From a virus (lineage: Duplodnaviria; Caudoviricetes): a stretch of DNA of 64,000 nt. Below, piece after piece: positions 1 through 10,275 of the stretch. Each line of letters opens with the position of its first letter. Position 1 is the stretch's first letter. A model generated the notes under the pieces. The model was given only the letters and a program-made list of their open reading frames with translations, searched no databases and was not told the DNA's origin. A program made the translations under genes and the position numbers. The stretch spans positions 1,986 through 65,985 of the IMG/VR virus record IMGVR_UViG_3300037963_002171; one strand, given 5' to 3'.

Positions 1-3000
1 TTCTATTAGTTTCTTTAAGTTTCTAGACACAAGACTTTCTTTAACGTCTATGTAATTAAGCAAAACTTCTGGACCTTTGTTAAACATTTCAGTGTATAAG
101 TCTGCTGCTTTAAATTTCTTTTTTACAGATATTAACCCAGAAACATTTACAAGACCTTGATTGGCTAAGCCTACTATATTATTTAGCATATCTTGTGCTT
201 CAATATATGTTTGTGGTATACTATTGTCAAAGTTTACAAGCTTTCTTAACACCTCTTTTGCTGAGTTTATAGATTCATTATTAAAAGCATTAACAATGTT
301 TCTCATCTCATCATATTTCTTTCCTACCTTAACATCTTTAGATTTTTTTACATCAACATCATACTTTTCTTTAGCAATTCTTTTTAATATATCTGAATCA
401 GAATCACCAGGAAATCTTTCTTTCATTTCTGCATAAAGAACAAAGTCATCGCCAGTCATTATTTCAGCGGTCTTTTCAAAACTTAATCCCCTAGAAACAA
501 GCTCAGACCAAATAGGGAATGTTGCCATATTCATATTTAACCTTGTAGCAAACCCTTTATTTAAATTGTCTAAGAAAGCATTTAACATAAGGGCTAAACT
601 TTCTGTTGCCTTTCCGTTTTTGTCAGTATAACTTTCGCTTAAACCTAAATACTTTATATTAGTTAGGCTTATATAAGGAGTGCTAACATTATATGCACTT
701 AATATTTTTTGTAAATTATTAAAAGTTGCAGACACACCTATTAACTGTCCCACTTCTTTTGTATTTCTATACACCTTATGTCCACCCATTATAGTTCTAT
801 CGTCTACTATTTTTTGTGGACGTATAAAACCTTTGTCTTCTAGTTTTTTAATTGTATCTGAAAAACTATTGATATTAAATTCAGCAAAACTTTTAAACCT
901 TTCATCTTTAAGAAACTTTGTTAAGTCTTCAAACATTTGATTATATTCAAGTTCTATTGAATTCTTTTTTGGTTTTTTATAAATACCAAACATATGACCA
1001 TTATCACCATCCATATCAGAACCAAGAATATCAGAAACCTCAGAAGGTATTGTAACCATACTACCCTGTCCTTTATTAAAGCCTGCAATAGTAGTTACTA
1101 CGGCATCTCCAATAGAATATGGGGTTCTTTGAAAAATTAAAGTGTCTCCTACCTCATAACCATGTTGTTTAGCAAAACTCTCACTCACTTCTATTTGAAC
1201 ATCTCCTTCTTCTCCAACCAAATATCCACCAGATAATCCTGATGACTCTGACAGCTTTTCAATTTGAGAACCATTGTGTATAGCAAAATCTGTAGACTGA
1301 TGACCTATTCCCCCTGGAGCACGCATTTTTAATCCCTTCTTTCTTATTTGAGACAAGAATATATCTCTAACTGCACCATAAGTACCACTGTCCATACTTC
1401 CACTCTCTACCATGTCTTTCATAAATGGACCATAAGCCTCTGTGCTTATGTTTTCAGAAACCACATCTACTATTGATTCTAGTTTTTTACTTATATCGCT
1501 TTTACTTCCAACCACTACTTTATTAAAAAAGTTTTGGTATTTTTTACCAAAAAAATCTACCATCTTAGTTATAAGAGCTTCTGCATCTTCTTTCATATTT
1601 ACGTTAGAAAATAAAGCAAGAACTAATTGTTTGTTTATTGTAGACTCTCTAGACTTTTTGTCAAGCTCTGTTTGAACACCAAAGTAAGAACCATCTAAAC
1701 CATATTGCGTGACACCTTCAGAATCATTGTATTTAAATAAATTATCTTGGTTTTCATTTAACTTATCTACATTAACAACCCAATCGCCATCTTTGTTTTT
1801 GTTTACAACATCATCTAAATTTAAATATTTTTTATCCAAACCTTTAGACGCTCTTACACCATTAACTTTACTAGCTGATTTAAATGATATAACATTTACA
1901 ACACCATCTCCTGTTATTCTATCTCTTTCTTCTAGCATTTCTTTAAGAGGCTTGAAGTTAGGGTGTCTGTCTGCATACTCATCAGTTATAATAAAAACAT
2001 TTGTTTTTAAATAAAAAGGATGTCTTACACCCACAGATTTTTCAAAAGTAGAGTTGTCTAAGTTTTGCCCATAATAAACAAACTTATAATGCTGTCCCAC
2101 TTTTCTTAAACCACCATATTTTTTAGCTATTTTTTTTGCAGTAGACAAAAGTATAAAGCTAGAAGCATCTGTTCTATTTAATTTTTTTCTTTCTATATCG
2201 TTAAGTAAGATGGGCTCAACTCTTATATCTTTATTATATGTTACGTGGCTAGCTATTGGACCTGTTCCCCTTTTGTTATAGTCTGTGAAAATATCTTGAT
2301 TTGTTTTTCCAAAGTATTGCATTGGCCCTATGTATAAATCTTTGGCATAATGTTTGTTTATAAAATTATTTACGCTTATTTGTTCTAACACCTCAGCTAA
2401 ACGAGATAATCTATTAAAAGTATCTACAGGTATATCTTTTTTAGAAACCTTACCTTCTCTAAGATTTTTTATAATTTCTAAATTCTTTTCTGTTAAACCA
2501 ATTTCTGATAACACAGAAGGTATTCCTGATTTATAACCACGTTGTCTTTGAACACTTAAAAGCAGGTCAGACATTTCTTGAATATCTTTATTCCTAGACT
2601 TTTTATCAAATCCAAGTTTTTCAGCTTCTAACCTTCCCTCCTCTAAACTTAAAAGTTCAGCGTTAAGAATATGTAGTTCTGTATTTTTTTCTCCAAAGTC
2701 TGAAATATTTTGACTATATGTTTTTTCATTGTTGTTAATTGCATTAGCAATTAGACTTAATCTAAATACAGTTATTTGGTCAGGTGGTGTTTTACCTGGA
2801 TTAAAACCTTTTCTTTTTCCATTTTTATATATAGTGCTACCAATAATAGGAACAACTCTCGGCCTTTGAGACTTACCATCTAACCATCTCTCAATAATTC
2901 TATTGCCTTTAAATAATCTTTTAAGTTCTCTTTTGTTTTTTAATGAATCAGGGTTGGATTCATTTATCATTTCATCTAATTTATTTTGAAGTATATCTAT

Positions 3001-6000
3001 TTGATTATGTTTAATCAATAAAGCAGCAGACTCCCCATTAGGATATTCTATCTGAGTATCAAATTGTTGTTCTGAATACTTTTCAAATATACTACGAGAT
3101 ATTTCTCTTATAGTTTTATTTAACTTAGGTTTTGTTAAAAAGTTTCCTTTTTCTATACCCCACTTAAATATATTGCCACCTACAGTAACTTTGTTTACCT
3201 TAATAGCTATATGGGCAAAATCAGCAGAACCGCTTTCATTAGGTGTTGGATTAGCCATAGAAAAACGAATTAACTTTTCAATATTACTAACCTCTTCTTG
3301 ACTAAACACTTTATAACCAGATTCTCTGTGGTATTTTTTAAATTGATTTATATTAAAATCAATAACAGATTTTGCATATCTTTTTTTGTTTTCGTTTTCT
3401 TTAGAAGAAAAAGGAATAACAGAAGAAGTCTTACCTTTGCTTTCTCTAAAGTTAAACATAGATGTTTCTTTTAATAACTCAAAAGCATTGTCTGAAACTA
3501 TTTTTTCTACAGCTTGAGTATTGTATAAGCTTAAAACACTTACATCTTCTTTCATGTCTTCTGGTATTATATTGTCATATATAAACGCAGATACAATATT
3601 TTTTTTCTTTTGAACAGACTCTGCCTGAGAAAGACCTTGCTTATCTATAGACATCATCTTTGAACGCAATCCATAGAATTGAGAGATTAATTTTAATCTA
3701 CCAATTTTTTTAGGACTATCTAATTGTTTTAAATCTTCTTTTGCTAAAACTAATTTTTTTCCTATTTCTTTTTCTATTTGTTGGTCTTGACTTTTTACAC
3801 CCTTGCCTCTTATTTTTTTAGCAAGACTCATGCTTATATAGGTTTTCCCTTTGTTTTTACCAGAACCCTCAGTGTAAGTATAACCATAAAAGTTTTGTCT
3901 TTTTATTGATGAAAACTCATGATGTATATCTTGCACAGCATTAAATGAACCATAACCATCTAAAGTGTTATAAGATGCATTTAAAAACCTCATAAACCTT
4001 GCTAGTATCTCTTGTTGAGGTGTTAAAGAAAAATCTTTTTTATCTAAAGAAGATATAAGATTGTTAATATCTTGTTCAAAATTTTCTAAACTTTTTACTT
4101 GTCCATTAGCAAGTCTTACAGATTGATGTATAGCTTTTGTTAAATCTTTTTCCTGAACATTTCTTCCCTGTATATTTCCCTGTAAAGAAATAAACTCTTT
4201 TCTAAAAGCAGAAATAACTTTGCTTTCTTTATTTTTAGATTCTAAAACACCTTCTATAAAAGAACCATCAACATCATCATCATGCTGTTCTTTTACAAAA
4301 TCTACACCAGACCCCTTTAGTGAATCACTTAAATATTTATTAGACCTTTCTTTATATGACTCGTATTCTTCGTTAGACCACCCATACTCTGTAGAACTAC
4401 TAGGTCCAACCTTTGCAAGACGCCTAGCTTCTTTATCCATTTTACTTTTCATAGAAAGTTTATGGTCTCTTAATAGTTTTTTACCTGTAGCGTCTAATAT
4501 GCCACCAGTTCTATATTTTTCTAAATCTAAATTCTCGTCTTTTTCTAAAGCTTCATAGTATTCAGAAGTGTAATCTTTTACATCTGCATATTCTTCTGTA
4601 GTAAACAATTGATTTATATTGCTTTTTTCAGCCATACCTTCTCTGTTAATCCTAAAATCAAACTTACCTTTTTTACCTTGTAGTTGATTATTGTAATCTT
4701 TCATTACCTCTGCAAGAACATCTTTCATAGTTAAAAACTCAGAGTTACCTGTATTTTCAAATATGTCTAAAGCTTCTTTCTTTGTTTTCTTTCCCTTAGC
4801 ACTACTAAATAATTTTTTCATGCTACTTAAAACTCTACCTTTTAACTTTAAGTCAACAAGGTTTTCTATGTTTTGTTCGTCTTTAGATTTTGCTATTAAA
4901 TCTACAACAGCCTCTTCTACAATATACCTTTGCTCTTCATCAGGTAGAATTTCATAACCTAATGCTTTTGCCTTGTCTATGGTATAAACAGAATAACCTT
5001 TAGGACCACCTTCTCCTTTCTCTCTCCATTTTTCATATGTTAGTATATCCTTACTGTCTCTAACTATATTTTGTAAGTAATATGTTTTATCTCCCTTTTT
5101 AAACTTAAGAGCAGGTGAGTATTTATATTTAGCGTTTGTAAAAACTTTTTGGCCAATAACCATATTTCTTAAAGCTTTAACCCAAGGCTTACTCCACTGA
5201 CCCATAAGATACACGTGTGCTAACTCATGAAAAAGTGTTTCTTGTGTTGCTGTTCTTGAATTTAAAAACACAGACAATCCCTCTGCCATACCAGCATACC
5301 TTCTTCCACCTTCTGATTTTGCAAAATGGTCAAACACAATTAAGTTAGCTCCCATTTTTTTTAATCTTTGTCTAAAAACTTCTTCTACACCAAAATGCCT
5401 TTGAGGTATTTTTTTACCATACCTATCTTCTACTTTATATAAGTTTTTAACTTCAGATGTTGCTCCAAAAATAATTGTAGGTATAACACCCTCCTCTTTT
5501 GGAGGTTTCATTTTTTTAGTAGGCTTCTTTGTTGGTTTAGGGATTGTTCTTTTTTTTACCTTAATCTTATTTTTAATTTTATTTAATTTAGATGTAGGCG
5601 TAGAATCTTCTTTCCAAGCTTCATATTCTTGAATAGTTTGAGCAATTTTATTTGCAATACCAGGGTCCTTTCCCGAAAAAAATCCTTCAACCGTTTGTAC
5701 TGGTTGAAACTTATCTGTATATAATAAACTATATGCAGAAACTAATTCAGCTTTTGATTTTCCTTCTGGATTTGCTAACGCATCTTCTGCTTTATATTTT
5801 TGTAATAACTGATTTCCGCTTGCCGTATTTTTAGCAGAATCTTTTATTTTCTGATTAATAAGTTTCTCACTCTTACCCTTCTTTCTCATAAGGTCAATAA
5901 AGGCTCTGTCTGTTTTTGATAAAGTTTTATCTAGGGCCGTAATTCTATCCGACTCAGGAGTTACTTTTTTATCTTGTTTAGGTTCAGTTTTTTCAGCTTT

Positions 6001-8247
6001 TTTTATCTCCTCTTCAGTTACTTCTTCTCTTAACTTTTTAAGTTTTATTTCTTCAGATTTTTTTTTATTCTTTTTATCCAACTCAGCTACAGCATCTTCT
6101 GCTTCTTGTAGATTATCTTTCTTAACCTGAATCATAGCATCTTCATATCCTGCAATATCTTGATTTAATCCTTCTTTAGTTTTAGCTATTTCTTTATTAA
6201 GTATTTCTAACTCTTCTTTCTTTTGAGCTTCAGCATTTTTTGATGTAGTTTCTCTACTCTCAATTTTAGCTTTTTGTTCTTCAAACTTTTCTAACTGACT
6301 AGATAATTGTTCTTTTGTTTTAGCAACATAAAAAGCCAATCTACCATACTCTCTTAAATGACCAGGAGACATACCTGCTAAAGATGAGTTTGCATATGGT
6401 TCAAAAGCTTCTTGCATTTCTGTTGCAAGATTTTTTATTTCTTTAGCCTGAGCTTCAGTTATTCTTTTTTCTGAAACTTCTCTTGCTAAATGCTGGTCCA
6501 TTTGAGCAAAGTCTCCTTCTGTAACTACAGACAAAACAAAAGACTCTATTGCTTTTGCTTTCTTTACAACTAGTTGCTCGTCTGCTGTAAATTCACCACC
6601 TTCTTGACCCTCCATTTCTGCTATCTTTTGTGAAGCTTGAGCAAATAAAAGTTGGCTATCAGTATCTTTACTAAAACCTGAAGCCTCTATTTGTCTATCT
6701 AATATTCTTTGACCATCAGCTAAACTATTTATTACAACTGCACCAGCACCCATACCAAATCCAGCACCAAAAGAAATTACTCTAGTTTCAGCCATTTCAG
6801 GACTATTAAAATAATCCCAATAACCCATAAACTCTTCTCCTTTTATTTCAGCTAGTCTTGTTCTAACTCTCCAGTCTTGATACACTTCTTGAAACTCTTC
6901 TAGTTTACCTTCTGAATAAACAGTAGTACCACCACCTATTAAAAACTTAGCCACCTTATTTGCAAAACCTCCTCCCGCAACAAGCTTAACCCCCTTACCC
7001 ATAAGAGCAGGCATACCTCTAGTAAGTATACCGTATTGTAAAGCATTAATAAACCAATAGTTTTGATTATCTCTCCACACTTGAGAAGCAACAAAAGCTG
7101 ATTGTTCAGGAGTTAATCCCTCCATTGTTTTTGCCTCATGAAAAGCATCTGCAGCAATCATTACACCCTCTGAAGCTGATGATAACTGACCAGCACCAAC
7201 AAAAGAACCAACACCTTTTAATGTTGGATTAAACCTGCTTCCATAAAACATTTGACCCACTTGCTTTGTTCTTTGCCCAAATTGACTTTTAACTACAGGG
7301 TCAACTAGCTTCTTGCCAACACCCATCACTCTTCCAGCACCTGGAACTCCTTTTACTAATTTAACAGCACCAGGCAAAGCTCTGGCTCCCATTGCTGCAC
7401 CAGCAACACCTGTTCCTATAAACATAAATATATTAGGTATTTGTTCAGCAACATCTGTAAGCCAAAAATCCCAAGATGCCATTTGAGAATAGTCAATAGT
7501 TAATTCTCCATTTTCATCTTTTTTAACAAAGTCTCCGTGTTTTAATCTTTTTTGTTTTTTTATTGTTTCATTCCAACTTCGCATTTCTGTTCCTGTTTCT
7601 CTCCAAATATTTGCTATACTAGAAGATAAGTCTATACCAGTTATGCTTTTATATGCATTTGAAACCTTTGCAACATCACCCACTACAGGAATCTTTCCAG
7701 CCACTGAAGATGCAACTGCTTCTTCTTCTTTTCCCATTTCTGTGTATCCTGTTAATTCTTTCATCCAATCTATAGCATTTGCTCCACTTACTAACATGTT
7801 ACCTACACCAGAAGCTATAGCTCCTCCAAACTTTTCTAAAGCATTATAGTTTTTATAAGGAAGATAAGAATCTCTTGCTGCAATTAAAACTGCATTGCTA
7901 ATAGGTTTGTTTAAACCTAAAGCATCTAAGTTTTTATTTGTCTTGTCCATAAAGGCACTATAGTCATCTTCTGGAGATGTAAAGATATTCTGTTTATCAT
8001 ATCCTTCCATTATATCAATCTTGTCAAAAACATCTTGGTCTACAAAGCCATATTGTTTGTCGTCTCCTGGACTTACAGAAGGTTGAACAGGGGTGTCCAT
8101 TGAGGGTGTAGAAATAACTTCTTGTGAAGGTATGTTAGATACATTAATATTTTGTTCAGGTATTTCCTGAGTTAAACCCTCGTCGTACAAATTTATATCT
8201 GTTTTTAAGTCGCTTTTGACTTTATTTATATTTGTTGATATTGGCAT
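1..8247 (-). CDS. Giant virion protein, partial (>=2749 aa, runs off the window start): N-terminal membrane/ejection region, zincin protease and crAss-like two-barrel RNA polymerase
   Basis: ATG at 8245-8247, just after the stop of the 666-aa gene; absent from the ORF track, consistent with no in-window stop. In-frame motifs read by hand: GSDMDGDNGHM (991-1023; catalytic DxDGD), QRTP (~1120-1135), FKSASKV (~1865-1885), TDASSF (~2155-2175), TLFHELAHVY (5209-5238) with downstream VEEAVV, and Gly-rich hydrophobic segments such as IPNIFMFIGTGVAGAAMG (~7385-7440). Confidence 0.88.
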   Translation of the reverse strand, partial: MPISTNINKVKSDLKTDINLYDEGLTQEIPEQNINVSNIPSQEVISTPSMDTPVQPSVSPGDDKQYGFVDQDVFDKIDIMEGYDKQNIFTSPEDDYSAFMDKTNKNLDALGLNKPISNAVLIAARDSYLPYKNYNALEKFGGAIASGVGNMLVSGANAIDWMKELTGYTEMGKEEEAVASSVAGKIPVVGDVAKVSNAYKSITGIDLSSSIANIWRETGTEMRSWNETIKKQKRLKHGDFVKKDENGELTIDYSQMASWDFWLTDVAEQIPNIFMFIGTGVAGAAMGARALPGAVKLVKGVPGAGRVMGVGKKLVDPVVKSQFGQRTKQVGQMFYGSRFNPTLKGVGSFVGAGQLSSASEGVMIAADAFHEAKTMEGLTPEQSAFVASQVWRDNQNYWFINALQYGILTRGMPALMGKGVKLVAGGGFANKVAKFLIGGGTTVYSEGKLEEFQEVYQDWRVRTRLAEIKGEEFMGYWDYFNSPEMAETRVISFGAGFGMGAGAVVINSLADGQRILDRQIEASGFSKDTDSQLLFAQASQKIAEMEGQEGGEFTADEQLVVKKAKAIESFVLSVVTEGDFAQMDQHLAREVSEKRITEAQAKEIKNLATEMQEAFEPYANSSLAGMSPGHLREYGRLAFYVAKTKEQLSSQLEKFEEQKAKIESRETTSKNAEAQKKEELEILNKEIAKTKEGLNQDIAGYEDAMIQVKKDNLQEAEDAVAELDKKNKKKSEEIKLKKLREEVTEEEIKKAEKTEPKQDKKVTPESDRITALDKTLSKTDRAFIDLMRKKGKSEKLINQKIKDSAKNTASGNQLLQKYKAEDALANPEGKSKAELVSAYSLLYTDKFQPVQTVEGFFSGKDPGIANKIAQTIQEYEAWKEDSTPTSKLNKIKNKIKVKKRTIPKPTKKPTKKMKPPKEEGVIPTIIFGATSEVKNLYKVEDRYGKKIPQRHFGVEEVFRQRLKKMGANLIVFDHFAKSEGGRRYAGMAEGLSVFLNSRTATQETLFHELAHVYLMGQWSKPWVKALRNMVIGQKVFTNAKYKYSPALKFKKGDKTYYLQNIVRDSKDILTYEKWREKGEGGPKGYSVYTIDKAKALGYEILPDEEQRYIVEEAVVDLIAKSKDEQNIENLVDLKLKGRVLSSMKKLFSSAKGKKTKKEALDIFENTGNSEFLTMKDVLAEVMKDYNNQLQGKKGKFDFRINREGMAEKSNINQLFTTEEYADVKDYTSEYYEALEKDENLDLEKYRTGGILDATGKKLLRDHKLSMKSKMDKEARRLAKVGPSSSTEYGWSNEEYESYKERSNKYLSDSLKGSGVDFVKEQHDDDVDGSFIEGVLESKNKESKVISAFRKEFISLQGNIQGRNVQEKDLTKAIHQSVRLANGQVKSLENFEQDINNLISSLDKKDFSLTPQQEILARFMRFLNASYNTLDGYGSFNAVQDIHHEFSSIKRQNFYGYTYTEGSGKNKGKTYISMSLAKKIRGKGVKSQDQQIEKEIGKKLVLAKEDLKQLDSPKKIGRLKLISQFYGLRSKMMSIDKQGLSQAESVQKKKNIVSAFIYDNIIPEDMKEDVSVLSLYNTQAVEKIVSDNAFELLKETSMFNFRESKGKTSSVIPFSSKENENKKRYAKSVIDFNINQFKKYHRESGYKVFSQEEVSNIEKLIRFSMANPTPNESGSADFAHIAIKVNKVTVGGNIFKWGIEKGNFLTKPKLNKTIREISRSIFEKYSEQQFDTQIEYPNGESAALLIKHNQIDILQNKLDEMINESNPDSLKNKRELKRLFKGNRIIERWLDGKSQRPRVVPIIGSTIYKNGKRKGFNPGKTPPDQITVFRLSLIANAINNNEKTYSQNISDFGEKNTELHILNAELLSLEEGRLEAEKLGFDKKSRNKDIQEMSDLLLSVQRQRGYKSGIPSVLSEIGLTEKNLEIIKNLREGKVSKKDIPVDTFNRLSRLAEVLEQISVNNFINKHYAKDLYIGPMQYFGKTNQDIFTDYNKRGTGPIASHVTYNKDIRVEPILLNDIERKKLNRTDASSFILLSTAKKIAKKYGGLRKVGQHYKFVYYGQNLDNSTFEKSVGVRHPFYLKTNVFIITDEYADRHPNFKPLKEMLEERDRITGDGVVNVISFKSASKVNGVRASKGLDKKYLNLDDVVNKNKDGDWVVNVDKLNENQDNLFKYNDSEGVTQYGLDGSYFGVQTELDKKSRESTINKQLVLALFSNVNMKEDAEALITKMVDFFGKKYQNFFNKVVVGSKSDISKKLESIVDVVSENISTEAYGPFMKDMVESGSMDSGTYGAVRDIFLSQIRKKGLKMRAPGGIGHQSTDFAIHNGSQIEKLSESSGLSGGYLVGEEGDVQIEVSESFAKQHGYEVGDTLIFQRTPYSIGDAVVTTIAGFNKGQGSMVTIPSEVSDILGSDMDGDNGHMFGIYKKPKKNSIELEYNQMFEDLTKFLKDERFKSFAEFNINSFSDTIKKLEDKGFIRPQKIVDDRTIMGGHKVYRNTKEVGQLIGVSATFNNLQKILSAYNVSTPYISLTNIKYLGLSESYTDKNGKATESLALMLNAFLDNLNKGFATRLNMNMATFPIWSELVSRGLSFEKTAEIMTGDDFVLYAEMKERFPGDSDSDILKRIAKEKYDVDVKKSKDVKVGKKYDEMRNIVNAFNNESINSAKEVLRKLVNFDNSIPQTYIEAQDMLNNIVGLANQGLVNVSGLISVKKKFKAADLYTEMFNKGPEVLLNYIDVKESLVSRNLKKLIE

Positions 8248-8252
8248 ATTAG

Positions 8253-10253
8253 TTAAAATTTATCATAAAAAGAATCGTAATCATATTGAGTTTCTCCTTT
8301 TTCATTTTTGCCAGCCTCTGAATATTGAGAGCCTACCATGTTATATATTCCTAGAATTTTTCTATAATTTTTTATCAAATCTACTGCTTCTTTGTCAGAC
8401 ATCCAAGCATTACCTTGTTCATCTGGAGCTTCTCTAAAAGCATTTATATATCCTTGTATGTCTCCTTCTTTTAATTTGTTAATAGCTTTTGTGACAACAG
8501 GGTCTTTTGACATACCAAGCTCTCTTATTGTTACTGATGGAGCCTTATACTCAGCCTCTTGTAGTGCATGAGCTAATATAACAGAATCAAAAACAACATT
8601 AGTGTCTTCTACTCCAACATCTTTTCTAAGCATATATAAAGGTTTCTGAAGCGTTTTAACAGCGTTATCAGTGTTAGCTATATCCCAGCTAAACTTTTCA
8701 TTAGGTTTGTAAACATAAGTTCCTGGAGAACTTTGTTGTGCTGATTTAGATGTGTAATTTATGTCTCCTACCATTTTATCTAAAGCTGTTCCAATCAAAG
8801 GATTGTTTTCTGGGTCCACTTTAACATAAACATATTTGTCTCTTTTTGTAAATCCAGTTCTAGACTCTCTTCTAAAACTTACTGCTTCAGCATCTCTTAA
8901 AACAAAATACATTACACCCCTTTTAGTTTTATTTTTTAATAATGCAGAACTATCTCCCTCTTGACTTACATCATCTAGTGTTAATATTTTAGGTCTAACA
9001 TTTCCATTTTCATCTATATCGTCCACTTCAAAACCATACTCTATAGACATTACATCAAAATTTCTATTAAAAGGTTCTCCTCCTGGCAATGTTTTCCCAT
9101 CTATAGAATAGTTACCTTCATTATCAAAAACTTGAACAGAACCAGTAGAAATCATTCTTCTTATTTCCGACAAATTTACACTATTTTTATTTGCATCTTT
9201 TTCTGTATCTCCTTCAAATACTAAAGCAGCCATTCTTCCTTTTATAGGTTCAAAAACAGTTCTTCCAAAACTTTTCTTTCCTGGTATAGTCATTGCGCTT
9301 CTTACAGGTTGGGCACCCCCTATTGCTGATAAATTATCAAAGGCATTAAAGTTTTCTGGGTCTTTCCAAAAGTTTTCTCCAAATTCTCCAAAGTCTCCAG
9401 TAAAATGTCTATTCCATTGATTATTAATCATTTCTAAATGATTTGTAATACTTTTAGTATCTCTTGGATAACCTCTTAAAATTTCTTGTTGTTTTGCACC
9501 TATAGGTTTGTCTCTAAAATAATTAGTGTGTAGGTAGTTAATCATCTCTCCTCTACTTGGAGCATTTTCTCCTACAATGTTATAAGGTAAACCATGGTCA
9601 ATTCTCATATTGTGAATAATAGCCGCCATGTTACTTTCCTCACCCATACCCATATCTTTATCTAACAGTGCATTTTCTCTAGCATATATATTTCCTTTAT
9701 ATCTTTTTAAATCATCTTCCTCTATTTCTTTATATGGCATATATGCACCTTGATAAATAAAAGCATCCACCTTTCCGCTTCTCCAATTTTCCCAACCTTG
9801 TCTATCTGCTCTAGAAACTAATTGAGGATTTGATTTCATTTGTTCTAAAAACTGAGCTATATTTTTATGGTTAGCTTTTATAATTTTAGCTTCATCACTT
9901 CCCAATATAGACTCTTTATATTCGTTTATAAGATTTCTACCCCCAGCATTCATAAACTTAACAACATCATCTCCAGAAGACTCTAAAGCTAGTTTTATTT
10001 TATTCAAAGAATTTTGTTCTAAGTCTTGCATTCTTTTCTTATCCTTAGGCCTATAATGTCTAGATACCTCTCTTGCTTGAGCAAGGGTATAATTAAACTC
10101 TTGTTCTATATCATTTGCTATTTTTCTTTCATACGCATTTATTTGAAGTTCGTTGTTTAGAACTTGCATTTGATTTTGCTTTTCACGATTAGCTCTATTT
10201 CTTCCTTCCGTAGCTTGAGAAGACCAATTCATATTTTGCCAAAATTCTGCCAT
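8253..10253 (-). CDS. Putative internal virion/ejection protein (666 aa)
   Basis: Long ORF between the transglycosylase gene and the RNAP gene, the position of crAss-like cargo genes; helical N-terminus. Confidence 0.55.
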   Translation of the reverse strand: MAEFWQNMNWSSQATEGRNRANREKQNQMQVLNNELQINAYERKIANDIEQEFNYTLAQAREVSRHYRPKDKKRMQDLEQNSLNKIKLALESSGDDVVKFMNAGGRNLINEYKESILGSDEAKIIKANHKNIAQFLEQMKSNPQLVSRADRQGWENWRSGKVDAFIYQGAYMPYKEIEEDDLKRYKGNIYARENALLDKDMGMGEESNMAAIIHNMRIDHGLPYNIVGENAPSRGEMINYLHTNYFRDKPIGAKQQEILRGYPRDTKSITNHLEMINNQWNRHFTGDFGEFGENFWKDPENFNAFDNLSAIGGAQPVRSAMTIPGKKSFGRTVFEPIKGRMAALVFEGDTEKDANKNSVNLSEIRRMISTGSVQVFDNEGNYSIDGKTLPGGEPFNRNFDVMSIEYGFEVDDIDENGNVRPKILTLDDVSQEGDSSALLKNKTKRGVMYFVLRDAEAVSFRRESRTGFTKRDKYVYVKVDPENNPLIGTALDKMVGDINYTSKSAQQSSPGTYVYKPNEKFSWDIANTDNAVKTLQKPLYMLRKDVGVEDTNVVFDSVILAHALQEAEYKAPSVTIRELGMSKDPVVTKAINKLKEGDIQGYINAFREAPDEQGNAWMSDKEAVDLIKNYRKILGIYNMVGSQYSEAGKNEKGETQYDYDSFYDKF

Positions 10254-10275
10254 TTTATTTTTTTTAATTAAGTTA

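Noticed and set aside
161-8437. Short + strand ORFs in the track, and similar antisense ORFs throughout the window
   Set aside because: Shadows of long opposite-strand genes; Ser/Leu/Phe-rich with no motifs.
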